From NCBI GenBank assembly GCA_035708265.1, contig DASSSV010000347.1, positions 1 through 56,630 on the forward strand: a DNA stretch of 56,630 nt, read 5' to 3'. Source of the stretch: Thermomicrobiales bacterium. Its GTDB lineage: Bacteria > Chloroflexota > Chloroflexia > Thermomicrobiales > CADCWN01. Below are positions 34,837 to 44,400 of this stretch, piece by piece. Every line of letters begins with the position of its first letter. Position 1 is the stretch's first letter. The notes under the pieces were generated by a model, which worked only from the letters and a program-made list of their open reading frames with translations, searched no databases and was not told the origin of the DNA. A program made the position numbers and the translations under genes.

Positions 34837-36296
34837 ACTACGCGGTCCTCGTCCCGATCTTCGTCGTGCTGGTCGGCGCGGCGCTCACGCTGCTGCTCGA
34901 ACTCTTCCTGCCGCCGACGCGCCGGGCCGTGCTCGGCTGGCTGGCGCTCCTGGCGACGATCCTGAGCCTGGTCGCCTGCGGGTTCCTCTGGAATACCAGC
35001 CGCCTCGCCTTCGGCGACGCCATCGCGCTCGACGGCTTCAGCCTGCTGATGAGCATCATCATCCTGGTCGCCACGGCGCTCGCGATCCTGATGTCCTTCG
35101 ATTTCCTCGGCCTGCGCGGCATCGACTACGGCGAGTACTACCCGCTGCTGCTCTTGACCGTCTCGGGGATGCTGCTGCTGGCGATCGCGAACGACCTCCT
35201 GGTCCTCTTCCTTGCGCTGGAAGTGCTCTCGCTCGGGCTCTACATCCTCTCGGGCTTCGCGCGCGGCCGCGAGACCTCCGAGGAAGCGGCGATGAAATAC
35301 TTCCTGCTCGGCTCGTTCTCGCTCGGCTTCCTCGTCTACGGCATCTCGCTCGTCTACGGCGCGACCGGCACGACCAACTTCACGCGGCTGGCGGCGGCGC
35401 TCCAGGGCGGGCAGTTGCTCGGCAACCCGCTCCTCCTCGCCGGTGTCGTCCTGATCCTGGTCGGGCTGGCGTTCAAGCTGGCGCTGGTGCCCTTCCACAT
35501 GTGGACGCCCGACGTCTACGCCGGCGCGCCGACCACCATCACCGCGTTCATGTCGGTCGCGACGAAGGTCGCCACCTTCGCGGTGCTGATCCGGCTGGTC
35601 GTGCGCTCGGTGCCGTCGCTGCAGGCCGATTGGTCGCTGATCCTCTGGACGCTGGCGGTCATCACCATGCTGGTCGGCAATCTGGCGGCGGTGACGCAGC
35701 GCAACATCAAGCGGCTGCTGGCCTATTCCAGCATCGGGCAGGCCGGCTACGTGCTGGTCGGCGTCGTCGCGGCCGGCAGCCCGTCGCCCTCGGTGCGCAA
35801 CGAGGCGCTGAGCGGCGTCCTCTTCTACCTGCTGGTCTACACCTTCATGAACCTCGGCGCCTTCGCGGTCGTCGTCGCGCTGGCGCGGCCGGGGTACGAG
35901 CGGCTCGACATCGACAAGGACTTCGCCGGCCTCGGCCGCGAGCGCCCCTGGCTGGCCGGCGCGCTCTCGATCTTCATGCTCTCCCTCGCCGGCATCCCGC
36001 CGACGGCCGGCTTCATGGGCAAACTGAGCCTCTTCCGCGCGGCCGTGGACGCCGGCTACTGGCCGCTGGTCCTCGTCGGCGTGCTGACGAGCATGCTGGC
36101 GCTCGGCTACTACCTGCGCGTCATCGTCATCATGTACACGCGCGAGACGGTCGTCTCCGAGGCCACGATACCCCTCGTCCCGATCGCGCTGATCGTCGTG
36201 CTGGCGATCTGCATCGTCGCGACGATCGAGTTCGGCATCATCCCCGGCGGCCCGCTCGACCTGGCCCAGCAGGCGCTCGCGGCGAGCATCCCCTGA
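34812..36296 (+). CDS. nuoN: NADH-quinone oxidoreductase subunit N
   Basis: LE.LSL.LY.L.G, KY.LLG.F, FK.A.VPFH.WTPDVY.GAPT and AYSSI.QAGY. Confidence 0.95.
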   Translation: MRISAPPIDYAVLVPIFVVLVGAALTLLLELFLPPTRRAVLGWLALLATILSLVACGFLWNTSRLAFGDAIALDGFSLLMSIIILVATALAILMSFDFLGLRGIDYGEYYPLLLLTVSGMLLLAIANDLLVLFLALEVLSLGLYILSGFARGRETSEEAAMKYFLLGSFSLGFLVYGISLVYGATGTTNFTRLAAALQGGQLLGNPLLLAGVVLILVGLAFKLALVPFHMWTPDVYAGAPTTITAFMSVATKVATFAVLIRLVVRSVPSLQADWSLILWTLAVITMLVGNLAAVTQRNIKRLLAYSSIGQAGYVLVGVVAAGSPSPSVRNEALSGVLFYLLVYTFMNLGAFAVVVALARPGYERLDIDKDFAGLGRERPWLAGALSIFMLSLAGIPPTAGFMGKLSLFRAAVDAGYWPLVLVGVLTSMLALGYYLRVIVIMYTRETVVSEATIPLVPIALIVVLAICIVATIEFGIIPGGPLDLAQQALAASIP

Positions 36297-36304
36297 CGAA
36301 ACGA

Positions 36305-36327
36305 GCCGCCAGCTGATGGCTGGCGGC
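36305..36327 (+). terminator. GC-rich hairpin after nuoN
   Basis: GCCGCCAGC, loop TGATG, then GCTGGCGGC, 9 nt after the nuoN stop. No U-tract. Confidence 0.4.
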
Positions 36328-36507
36328 CGAAGCCGCGCCTTGGGGCGCCTCACGGCGCACGAAGCCCCCCTCCGCGGGCTGGGGCCCGCACGACACCCCG
36401 GTCCGGCTGGCCGGCATTACTGCATTCCAGCGCTGCGAGGCGCACATCAGCCGCGAGCGGCTAATCCGCCCCACAACTCGGACGCCGATCCGTCGCCAGC
36501 GCCCGAA

Positions 36508-36536
36508 TTGACGCTTTCCCTGGCCCGGTCTATACT
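36508..36536 (+). promoter_or_regulatory. Sigma-70-type promoter candidate for tRNA-Pro/tRNA-Gly
   Basis: TTGACG (36508-36513), a 17-nt spacer, then TATACT (36531-36536), ending 9 nt before the tRNA 5' end. Confidence 0.55.
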
Positions 36537-36545
36537 TCTGGCTGC

Positions 36546-36620
<75 letters not shown>

Positions 36621-36633
36621 CGTATCCTGTCGC

Positions 36634-36709
36634 GCGGCGGTAGCTCAACTGGTAGAGCGCGGGCCTTCCAAGCCTGAGGTTGAGGGTTCGAGCCCCTTTC
36701 GCCGCTCCA
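36634..36709 (+). tRNA. tRNA-Gly (anticodon TCC)
   Basis: Acceptor stem GCGGCGG/TCGCCGC, D-arm TAGCTCAACTGGTAGAGC, anticodon loop CTTCCAA, T-loop GGTTCGAGCCC, CCA encoded. Confidence 0.9.
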
Positions 36710-36769
36710 TCCCGCCATCCAGCAGCCTCACACCAGATCCAAAGCGCAGCGCACTGTCTCGGCATCAGT

Positions 36770-36798
36770 TCGACAGTGGGGGCGCTTGTTGCTACACT
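36770..36798 (+). promoter_or_regulatory. Promoter candidate for the Phd/PIN pair
   Basis: TCGACA, a 17-nt spacer, then TACACT, about 48 nt upstream of ATG 36847. Confidence 0.35.
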
Positions 36799-36846
36799 GG
36801 TAGCCACACGTATCGCGAGGTGGGAGTTGCACGAGGAGATCTGGTC

Positions 36847-37098
36847 ATGCGTCGCGTCGGAGTGCGCGAATTCAAGGACAATGCGCCGAGTCTGTTGAGC
36901 GCCGGGGAAACCCTCATCGTCGAGCGGCGCGGGGAGACCATCGGCTTCTACTTCCCGGTCGTGGCTAAGGATCGCGCAGCCGGGCGCGTGGCCCTCGACC
37001 GATTGGGCGAGGAAGTTGAGGCGTTTCTTGCCAGCACGGGGCTGACCGAGGACGAACTGGTCGCCGCGCTGACCCTTCCGGACGATGACGAGCGCTGA
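36847..37098 (+). CDS. Type II antitoxin (Phd/YefM-like)
   Basis: MRRVGVREFKDNAPSLLSAGETLIVERRGETIGFYFPV is the typical antitoxin N-terminus. A GAGGAG Shine-Dalgarno is present. It overlaps the PIN gene by 14 nt. Confidence 0.65.
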   Translation: MRRVGVREFKDNAPSLLSAGETLIVERRGETIGFYFPVVAKDRAAGRVALDRLGEEVEAFLASTGLTEDELVAALTLPDDDER

Positions 37099-37546
37099 CA
37101 ACCCGCTCTGCTTGGTGGTGGACGCGAGTGTGCTGGTCGCCGAGTTACTGCGGGCTCGCGGGCGGGCACGACTGGCAAACCCAGCCCTGGAACTCTTCAT
37201 CCCGGAGCAGACATGGGGCGAGGTTCGGCACGAACTCCCGGCGCGTGTTCGGCACGTCGCGGCGCGGGCTGGCCTGTCGCCGCACGCTGGCGACGCGCTA
37301 CTGACGGCGTGCCTCGCCGCCGCCGAGGCGAATCTCGCGATCGTCCTCGCGGCGACATACATTCCGCTTGAGGCTGAGGCGCGCGGACGGATCCCTCGCG
37401 ACCCACGCGACTGGCCGACCGTGGCGCTGGCGCTAGCCCTCGAAGCCGGTATCAAGACCGAGGACGGTGACTTCCTCGGCTGTGGCCTCCCCACTTGGAC
37501 GACCGCATCTCTCGCCCGGCAGATCGGTGAAACGCCTCATCCCTGA
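37085..37546 (+). CDS. PIN-domain toxin (VapC-like)
   Basis: LVVDASVLVAELL at the N-terminus and DWPTVALALALEAGIKTEDGDF near the C-terminus carry the conserved acidic residues of PIN domains. Confidence 0.65.
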   Translation: MTSADNPLCLVVDASVLVAELLRARGRARLANPALELFIPEQTWGEVRHELPARVRHVAARAGLSPHAGDALLTACLAAAEANLAIVLAATYIPLEAEARGRIPRDPRDWPTVALALALEAGIKTEDGDFLGCGLPTWTTASLARQIGETPHP

Positions 37547-37862
37547 GCAGCCAGCCGTCTCCACGGGCCGCGATATCGCGGCGCGGCTACATCGAATCGC
37601 AGCACTCCGAACTGCAAGTTCTGTTGACGAGTGTATGTGAGCCGGATGCCGGTGCCGGCGCAGTGGACGAAGCGCGGTCGCGGCGGGCATACTGGTCGCG
37701 GCGCGAGCACACCCGCCTGCAGCATTGCCGGCAGATCCGGACCACCGAGGCATGCCCGGCATAGGGCGGGCACGCGCGAGGTCGCCGGAGGTGGGCGGTG
37801 ATGCGGTGGCGGCGCGCCGCCGCCTCTTCGTCGGGCAGAGGCGAGCAGGAGGGGAGCTGGCC

Positions 37863-38378
37863 GTGATCCTCCCGAAAGACCGCGACCCGCGTTTCGTGAC
37901 GATCCGCCGCGGTGGGATCCTCACCGATGCGGATCACCGGCTCCTCGCCCTGTGGGCGGCGGCGTGCGCGGAGCACGTCCTCGACCTCTTCGAGTCGGCG
38001 CAGCCCGATGACCCGCGGCCGCGTCAGGCGATCGAGCAGGCCCGCGCCTGGGCGCGCGGCGAGATCACGATGACGCAGGCCCGCGCGGCGGGCGGCCATG
38101 CCATGGGCGCGGCCAGAGACCTGCGTGGGGCGCCTCGATATGCCGCGTACGCTGCCGGCCAGGCCGCGGTCGTCGCCCACGTCGCCGCGCACGAGCTCGG
38201 CGCGGCCGCCTATGCGATCAAGGCCGCCCGCGCCGCCGCGCCGGCGGGCGAGGGCGAGCGCGCCGGGCGGCGCGAGTGCCGGTGGCAGCGCGACCGGCTC
38301 CCGGAGGCGATGCGCTCGCTCGTCCTCGACGACCAGCGGTTACGGAACGACCTCTGCTGGTCGGTGTTCGACTGCTGA
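37863..38378 (+). CDS. Putative immunity-like protein (Imm5-like family, often mislabelled as exonuclease SbcC)
   Basis: GTG 37863 follows AGGAGGGGA. KDRDPRFVTIRRGGILTDADHRLLALWAAACAEHVL...ARAWARGE...AAHELGAAAYAIKA...LRNDLCWSVF. The family assignment is from memory and needs an HMM check. Confidence 0.5.
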   Translation: MILPKDRDPRFVTIRRGGILTDADHRLLALWAAACAEHVLDLFESAQPDDPRPRQAIEQARAWARGEITMTQARAAGGHAMGAARDLRGAPRYAAYAAGQAAVVAHVAAHELGAAAYAIKAARAAAPAGEGERAGRRECRWQRDRLPEAMRSLVLDDQRLRNDLCWSVFDC

Positions 38379-38468
38379 GCGCGCGTCGGGGCGCCGGCAC
38401 GGCGTGGGAGACGCGCCGCCGCGGCGCCAGCCCACCGCCGGGCCACGGTCGCCGGTAGAGAGTCCGGG

Positions 38469-38921
38469 CTACCTGTTCATGAAGACGATGATCAGGAAGC
38501 CGAGGACGGCGCCGAAGATAGCGTGGGCGAGGCCGAAGGCGACCGGGGGCATCCGCTCGGCCATCAGCGGGTCGGCCCAGCGCAGGATGCCGAACTGGTT
38601 GATCGCCCAGATGATGAGGGCGTAGATCAGGCCGAAGACGAGCGCCTGGCCGGCGTCCGAGTGCAGCCGCGGCGTGCTGAAGCCGCTCAGGATGGCCGCG
38701 AGGAAGACGCCCAGCAGCACCGACATCCCGAAATGCAGGACGACGCCGAGCGCGGGCGCCGTGACGCCCTCTAGGGCGGCGTTGCGCTCGACGAACCCGG
38801 CCGTGAGGCGCAGCGGGTAGAGGAACCCCTTCCCCACCAGCCAGGTGAACCACATCGCCAGGATCGCCATCACCAGCCCGGCGATCAGCCCGGCGAATAT
38901 CCCCGCCAGCCAGAATGGCAT
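38469..38921 (-). CDS. Small integral membrane protein (4 TM), unknown function
   Basis: ATG 38921 follows GGAGGGA. The product, MPFWLAGIFAGLIAGLVMAILAMWF..., is hydrophobic. Confidence 0.6.
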   Translation of the reverse strand: MPFWLAGIFAGLIAGLVMAILAMWFTWLVGKGFLYPLRLTAGFVERNAALEGVTAPALGVVLHFGMSVLLGVFLAAILSGFSTPRLHSDAGQALVFGLIYALIIWAINQFGILRWADPLMAERMPPVAFGLAHAIFGAVLGFLIIVFMNR

Positions 38922-38983
38922 CGGTCTCCCTCCGACGTAGACGGCCCAGCACCTGCCGCGGGCACTGCAAATCGCGTGCCGCG

Positions 38984-40387
38984 TCACCCGGCCGGTGCGA
39001 GGAGCCCCTGCGCCACCGCGTAGTCTGCGTCGAGCGACTTGTAGCCGACCTGGTCGAAGAGGACGGTCACTTTGCCGCCCTCATGGCGCTGCACCAGGCC
39101 CTCGCCCCACGACTCGTGGACGACGCGGCTGTTGAGCGGGAAGCGCTGCGCCGCCTCGTCCTCCGCGACGGCCACGCCCGCGTCGCAGTTGTCGCAGTTG
39201 CAGCAGGGGTCGTCGTACTCCTCACCGAAATAGTTGAGCAGGTACTCGCGGCGGCAGTCGCGCACCTCGGCATAACCGCGCATCATCTCGACGCGCGAGC
39301 GCTCGAACTCGCGGCGCGCCTCATCCTTCCCGCCCGCGGCGAAGTAGCGCCGCAGGCCCAGATCCTCCGGGCGGTAGAAGAGGATGGCGCGCGCCGGCTC
39401 GCCGTCCCGCCCGGCCCGACCGATCTCCTGGTAGTAGGCGTCGACCGAGTCGCTGACGTCGTAGTGGAAGACGAAGCGGACGTTCGGCTTGTCGATGCCC
39501 ATGCCGAAGGCGGTCGTCGCGACGATGACCGGGCACTCGTCCTCCATGAAGGCGCGCTGCGTCTCCTCGCGCTCCGCCGCCTTCATCCCGCCGTGGTAGT
39601 GGCGCGCGGGGATGCCCTGCTCGCGCAGCGCCGCGGCCAGGTCCTCGGCGCGCCGCCGCGTCGCGGCGTAGATGATGCCCGGTTGCGGCTCGGCCGCGAC
39701 GCGCTCCAGCAACGCCCGCTGCTTGGCCGGCTCGTCGGCGAACCGCTCGACGCCGAGCCAGATGTTCGGGCGGTCGAAGCCCCGGACGACGACGCGCGGC
39801 TCGCGCATCCCCAGCCGGGTGACGATCTCCTCGCGGATGGGCGGCGAGGCCGTGGCGGTGAGGGCGAGGACGGTCGGGTGGCCCAGCTCCTCGATCACCC
39901 GGCCAAGTTCCAGGTATTCGGGCCGGAAATCGTGCCCCCACTCGCTGATGCAATGCGCCTCGTCCACGACGACGAGCGTCGGCTGCGCCTCTGTGAGCCG
40001 CGCCAGCGTGTCGCCGTGCGCGAACTGCTCGGGCGCGAGGAAGATGAAGTCGAGGTCCCCGGCGCGGAGATCGGCGAAGACGTCGCGGCGCTCGCCGGCC
40101 GAGATGGTCGAGTTGACCAGCGCGGCCTCGCCCGCGTCCAGTTCCTCCACCGCCTCGACCTGGTCCCGCTGGAGCGCGATCAGCGGCGAGACGACGACGA
40201 CCGGGCCGCCCTCCAGCGCCGCCGCGATCTGGTAGATCGCCGACTTGCCCGAGCCGGTGGGCATCACCGCGAGCGTGTCGTGGTCGTCCAGGATGGAGCG
40301 GATCGCGGCCGCCTGGCCCGGCCGCAGGGCGTCGAACCCGAAGTCGTCGCGCGCGATGCGCGCGATCCGCGAGCGTTTCACGATCAT
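38984..40387 (-). CDS. recQ: RecQ-family ATP-dependent DNA helicase
   Basis: FGFDALRPGQ, MPTGSGKS, VVDEAHCISEWGHDFRPEY, LALTATA, YQE.GRAGRDG and a Zn-binding CCNCDNC. Confidence 0.9.
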   Translation of the reverse strand: MIVKRSRIARIARDDFGFDALRPGQAAAIRSILDDHDTLAVMPTGSGKSAIYQIAAALEGGPVVVVSPLIALQRDQVEAVEELDAGEAALVNSTISAGERRDVFADLRAGDLDFIFLAPEQFAHGDTLARLTEAQPTLVVVDEAHCISEWGHDFRPEYLELGRVIEELGHPTVLALTATASPPIREEIVTRLGMREPRVVVRGFDRPNIWLGVERFADEPAKQRALLERVAAEPQPGIIYAATRRRAEDLAAALREQGIPARHYHGGMKAAEREETQRAFMEDECPVIVATTAFGMGIDKPNVRFVFHYDVSDSVDAYYQEIGRAGRDGEPARAILFYRPEDLGLRRYFAAGGKDEARREFERSRVEMMRGYAEVRDCRREYLLNYFGEEYDDPCCNCDNCDAGVAVAEDEAAQRFPLNSRVVHESWGEGLVQRHEGGKVTVLFDQVGYKSLDADYAVAQGLLAPAG

Positions 40388-40445
40388 CGGTGTTTCCTCA
40401 TATGGCAGCGATGGTCACGATAACGAGTGGCGGGCCTTACGCCGC

Positions 40446-41354
40446 TCAGGCGTGCTCGAAGGTCAGCCGCTCGCCGTAGGCCGCCGCGGTGAACGCCTCG
40501 ATCGCCTCGCGGAGACTCAGCGCCGGGAAGGTTATGCGCTTGACGTCGGTCTCGCCGAGGCCGAGCCGGCCGGCCTCCCAGAGATGGCGGACCGCCTGCG
40601 GACCGAACCCGAGCAACTTCGCGCCGACGACGTCGGCGGCGACCGCGTCGGTGCTGGCGATGACCAGGCCGGTCTCGACGGCGTGCCCGCCGAGCGGGCC
40701 GGTGCCGACCATCGCCGGGTGGCCGACGGTGACGGCGAGGTCGATCGGGAAGCGCCGCGCCATCGCGGCGATGAACGAGTGCATGTCGTCGAAGAAGCAA
40801 TGCTGATGATGCTGGCTGGCGCGCGGGTGGCCGTAGTAGTCGGCGGCCGGGAAGGACATCGCGATGTTCTTGAGCGCGAGCGTCACCGTCGCCGTCTCGT
40901 GGAGTTTGAGCTGGTTGAGCGCGATCAGCGTCTCGTACTCCAGCACGCGCGGGTTGACCATCACCGCCTCCTGCGGCCCGACCACGTCGCGGTCGGGCGC
41001 GTAGGCGAGGTCCACGCGCGTGAAGGGCGGGCGGTTGTGGTCGAAGAAGGTCGCGCCCTCCTGTTGCACGACGTCCATCAGGCCGGCGATGCGGAAGACT
41101 TCATCGGTCTCGGCGGCGCCCGCGCCGCCGGTGACGACCAGTTCGCGTGGCCCGTGGCGCTTGACCGCGCGCAGCACGGCGCGCAGCGTGTCCGGCTGCG
41201 TCACGCCGGTCGTGTCCTCGGGCGAGGCCCAGGTGTCGTTCGGCTAGACGGCGACGAGTTTGCCGCGCACCAGCCCGTCCAAGTCGATCCGCCCCAGCGC
41301 GTCCTCGATCGCCCGCTCGATCGCGCCGTCGCGCGTAATGACCACCGCGACCAT
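40446..41354 (-). pseudogene. DUF362 domain protein interrupted by an in-frame TAG at codon 37
   Basis: ATG 41354 gives MVAVVITRDGAIERAIEDALGRIDLDGLVRGKLVAV, then TAG (41244-41246), then PNDTWASPEDTTGVTQPDTLRAVLRAVKRHG... in the same frame (303 codons total). The track ORF 40446-41204 is the downstream fragment. Confidence 0.6.
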
Positions 41355-41497
41355 CGCGCCCCCCTGATCTCACGACACACGGGCGACCGCGCCCGCGTCA
41401 CGCGAGCGGGTGCCGTCCGGGGGCCGCGAACGCGCCGACCGGTCGCGCCACGGCCCATTTCGTGCCGGGATGCAAACGGCGTGCCAGGAGACGGGGC

Positions 41498-42289
41498 TCA
41501 CGCCCCGCGGGCGAACCAGTAGACCGAGGTGCTGTAGGCGCGGTCGGCGTTGCGGGTCAGGCCGTGGCGCGCGAGGTCGCGCAGCGATTCGCCGCGCCAG
41601 GGGGGCGGCGCGGCGAAACTGGCCGGCGTGCCGGTGCAGCCGCCCGGCCCCTCGCCGATCAGGAGGTAGTGGCGGACCGAAGGGCAGGCCCGGAAGGCGG
41701 GCGTCCAGTCCTCGCCGAGCGGCATCCAGGAGCAGACGACGACCGCGGGCCGGTAGCGCGCCAGCGCCGCCTCGTACCCGAACAGGAGGACGTCATCGGC
41801 GAGGCCGCGCGGCCAGTCGAGCCGGCCGTCGAGCCAGGAGCCATCGTCGGTCGCGACGATCGGGACGCCGCGCCCGCGCAGCCAGCGGCTCAACTCGCCG
41901 CGCCCCGCGCCGACCTCGAGCAGCGGACCCGCCGCCAGCCCGCCGAGGAACGCCGCCAGCGCATCGACGAACTCGCGCGTCCAGAACTGGTGGACGAAGC
42001 GGGCGCGCGCCCACGCGAGCGGCGCGAGTTGCGCCGCCCCCGTCCCGCACGCCGCGAGCGCCGCGCGCACCTCGGCGTCGCCCGGCAGCCGCCCGCCGCC
42101 ATAGAGGAACGCCAGCAACCGACCGAAGCGCTCCTCCACCTCGGCACGCGCCCCGGCGACCTCGTCCCTGCCGCCGGCGCCGTCGAGCGTTCCGACCGCC
42201 ATGCGCAACCTGCGCAGCAGCCACTCTCGTCGCGCCTCGTTGTCGGCGGCTACCCGACCGGCTACTTCACGGTCCACAGCCATACGCAT
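41498..42289 (-). CDS. Hypothetical protein, possibly a class I SAM-methyltransferase fold
   Basis: Start at ATG 42289 or 42283. The LLEVGAGRGELSRWL motif resembles a SAM-binding glycine loop. The upstream part of the 394-aa track ORF overlaps the cyclophilin gene in another frame and is rejected. Confidence 0.45.
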   Translation of the reverse strand: MRMAVDREVAGRVAADNEARREWLLRRLRMAVGTLDGAGGRDEVAGARAEVEERFGRLLAFLYGGGRLPGDAEVRAALAACGTGAAQLAPLAWARARFVHQFWTREFVDALAAFLGGLAAGPLLEVGAGRGELSRWLRGRGVPIVATDDGSWLDGRLDWPRGLADDVLLFGYEAALARYRPAVVVCSWMPLGEDWTPAFRACPSVRHYLLIGEGPGGCTGTPASFAAPPPWRGESLRDLARHGLTRNADRAYSTSVYWFARGA

Positions 42290-42443
42290 CGTACGGGTCT
42301 TCCCCCGTACCTGCCCACGATCCCCGGACGACCGCCGCGCGCAGCGCCTCGCGACGCCGGGAACGGACGGCCTTCGGACCGCTGGCCGGCGCGGGGGCCG
42401 GAAGGGTGTTGAGGGAATCGGAGACTCGGCACGCAGCCGACCC

Positions 42444-42977
42444 CTACCCCTCGTTGATGTCCACCGACTCGATCCGCACGTCCTCGCTCGGCACGGAGTT
42501 CTCGCCGCGCGCGCTGCGGCGCGTCGGGATGTTGGCGATCGCGTCGACCGTGTCCAGGCCGTCGGCGACGTTCCCGAAGATGGTGTAGTTCGGCGGCAGC
42601 CCCTCGGAGTGGAGGCCGTGGCAGATGAAGAACTGCGAGCCGTTCGTATTCGGGCCGGCGTTCGCCATCGCGACGATGCCACGCCCGTAGCCGCGGCGCG
42701 GCTTCTCGTCGGCGAAGCGGTAGCCCGGCCCCCCGGTCCCCGTCCCCGTCGGGTCGCCGCCCTGGATCATGAAGCCCTTGATGACCCGGTGGAAGGGCGA
42801 GTTGTCGTAGAACCCCTCGCGCGCCAGGAAGACGAAGTTGTTGACCGTCTTCGGCGCCTCGTCGGCCAGCAGGTCGACGGTGATGTCGCCCTTGGTGGTG
42901 TGCAGCACCGCGCTGTAGTGCTTCGCCGGGTCGATCTGCATCGCCGGCGGCGTCTTCCACTGCTTCATACCGGACAT
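42444..42977 (-). CDS. Cyclophilin-type peptidyl-prolyl isomerase (cytoplasmic)
   Basis: ATG 42977. VNNFVFLAREGFYDNSPFHRVIKGFMIQGGDPTGTGTGGPGY and MANAGPNTNGSQFFI. Confidence 0.9.
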   Translation of the reverse strand: MSGMKQWKTPPAMQIDPAKHYSAVLHTTKGDITVDLLADEAPKTVNNFVFLAREGFYDNSPFHRVIKGFMIQGGDPTGTGTGGPGYRFADEKPRRGYGRGIVAMANAGPNTNGSQFFICHGLHSEGLPPNYTIFGNVADGLDTVDAIANIPTRRSARGENSVPSEDVRIESVDINEG

Positions 42978-42997
42978 GTCGCACTCCTTCCACTCGC

Positions 42998-43624
42998 TCA
43001 CTGTTCGGTGATCACGATCGTCTTGATCCGCACATCCTCGGTCGGCTTCGAGGGCGCGCCGTCGGCGCCGATCGTCACCGGGACCGCGGCGATCTTGTGG
43101 ACGACGTCGATCCCCTCGACGACCTGGCCGAAGAGGTTGTACTGCTTCGGCAGGCTCTTGCACTGGTCGCCCTCGCAGATGAAGAACTGCGAGCCGTTGG
43201 TGTTCGGGCCCGAGTTGGCCATCGCCACGCTGCCGACGCCGTAGTTGCTCTTGGGCGTCTCGTCCTTGAAGGTGTAACCGGGCCCGCCCATGCCGGTGCC
43301 GGTAGGGTCGCCGCCCTGGATCATGAAGCCCTTGATGACCCGGTGGAACGGCGTGCCGTCGTAGAAATGGTCGCGCGCCAGGAAGACGAAGTTGTTGACG
43401 GTGATCGGCGCGTCCTTCGCGTCGAGCTGGACCTTGATGTCGCCCATCGTCGTCTCGATCGTCGCGAAGTACTGCTTGCTGGTGTCGATCGTCATCGGCG
43501 GCGGGGCGGCGTAGTGCTTAACCGCGGTCGTCGCGGTCGGGCGCGGGCCGGCGCCGCAGGCGGCCAGCAGCCCGGCGGTCGCGACGGCGGCCAGGAGGAC
43601 GAGCCAGGCGCGGGGGAGGCGCAT
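42998..43624 (-). CDS. Cyclophilin-type peptidyl-prolyl isomerase, lipoprotein
   Basis: The signal peptide carries a lipobox (LLAAC). The same cyclophilin motifs are present: FHRVIKGFMIQGGDPTGTGMGGPGY and MANSGPNTNGSQFFI. Confidence 0.9.
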   Translation of the reverse strand: MRLPRAWLVLLAAVATAGLLAACGAGPRPTATTAVKHYAAPPPMTIDTSKQYFATIETTMGDIKVQLDAKDAPITVNNFVFLARDHFYDGTPFHRVIKGFMIQGGDPTGTGMGGPGYTFKDETPKSNYGVGSVAMANSGPNTNGSQFFICEGDQCKSLPKQYNLFGQVVEGIDVVHKIAAVPVTIGADGAPSKPTEDVRIKTIVITEQ

Positions 43625-43627
43625 CCT

Positions 43628-44248
43628 TCAGGCCCCTTCCTGCCCGGCCAGGCCGAGGTCGTCCGCGATGCCGGTCATCGCCTCGACGATGACCTCGATG
43701 TGCTCCTCGAACGGCACGCCCAGGAGTTCGGCCCCGTGCAGCATATCCTCGCGGCTGACCGCGCGCGCGAACGCCTTGTCCTTCATCTTCTTCTTGAACG
43801 ACTGCGGCGTGACGCTGGCGATGCGCTTGTCCGGCCGCACCAGCGCGACCGCGGAGGCGAAGCCGGTCGCTTCGTCCACCGCGTAGAGCGTCTTCTGCAA
43901 GGCCGTCTCCCGCGCGAGCTCCAGGTGATCGGCGTGCGTGAGGATGTCGTGGATGAGGTCTTCGCTGTAGCCGCGCTCGCGCAGGATCGGCGCGCCGTCC
44001 TGCGGGTGCTGATCGAGCGTGGGATGGATCTCGTAATCGAAGTCGTGCAAGAGCGCGACGACGCCCCAGCGCTCCTCGTCCTCGCCGAACCGCCGCGCGT
44101 AGGCGCGCATCGCCGCCTCGACCGCCAGCATGTGCCGCCGGAGACTCTGGCTCTGCACGTACTCTGTCATCAGCGCCCACGCCTCGTCGCGCGTCGGCCA
44201 CCGTCCATCCGTGGCCGCTGCGCTGCGCTGCGCCTCACTCTGCTCCAT
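43628..44248 (-). CDS. HD/HDIG-domain metal-dependent phosphohydrolase
   Basis: H...VE..MR, ALLHDFDYE and a downstream His/Asp pattern. Confidence 0.75.
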   Translation of the reverse strand: MEQSEAQRSAAATDGRWPTRDEAWALMTEYVQSQSLRRHMLAVEAAMRAYARRFGEDEERWGVVALLHDFDYEIHPTLDQHPQDGAPILRERGYSEDLIHDILTHADHLELARETALQKTLYAVDEATGFASAVALVRPDKRIASVTPQSFKKKMKDKAFARAVSREDMLHGAELLGVPFEEHIEVIVEAMTGIADDLGLAGQEGA

Positions 44249-44271
44249 GCCCCACCTCCTACTTCAGTGCC

Positions 44272-44400
44272 GAGCGATGAGCGATGAGCGATGAGTAGCA
44301 GTCAGCCATCAGCAGTCAGCCATCAGCGTTCAATGGTGCGGCTGATGACTGATCGCTGACGGCTGATAGCCCACTCGTCGCTCATCGCTCATCGCTCGCT
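44272..44400. repeat. Nested heptad/14-mer hairpin element
   Basis: The outer arms are GAGCGAT x3 and CTCATCGCTCATCGCTCG. The inner arms are AGTCAGCCATCAGC x2 and the complementary GCTGATGACTGATCGCTGACGGCTGAT. It lies between the XPB stop and the HD-gene start. Confidence 0.85.

Noticed and set aside
37587-37800. A Cys-rich reverse-strand peptide (...VVRICRQCCRRVCSRRDQYARR...TCSSECCDSM) in the gap between the PIN gene and the immunity-like gene.
   Set aside because: It has high G/C third positions and many Cys. However, there is no credible start codon or Shine-Dalgarno apart from an internal GTG, and I recognise no family. The ORF is continuous with the antisense shadow of the immunity-like gene. 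It is left unannotated.
42444-43624. Tandem cyclophilin genes considered as a novel system.
   Set aside because: This is an ordinary paralogue pair, one with a lipoprotein signal and one cytoplasmic. Nothing beyond standard PPIase motifs is present.
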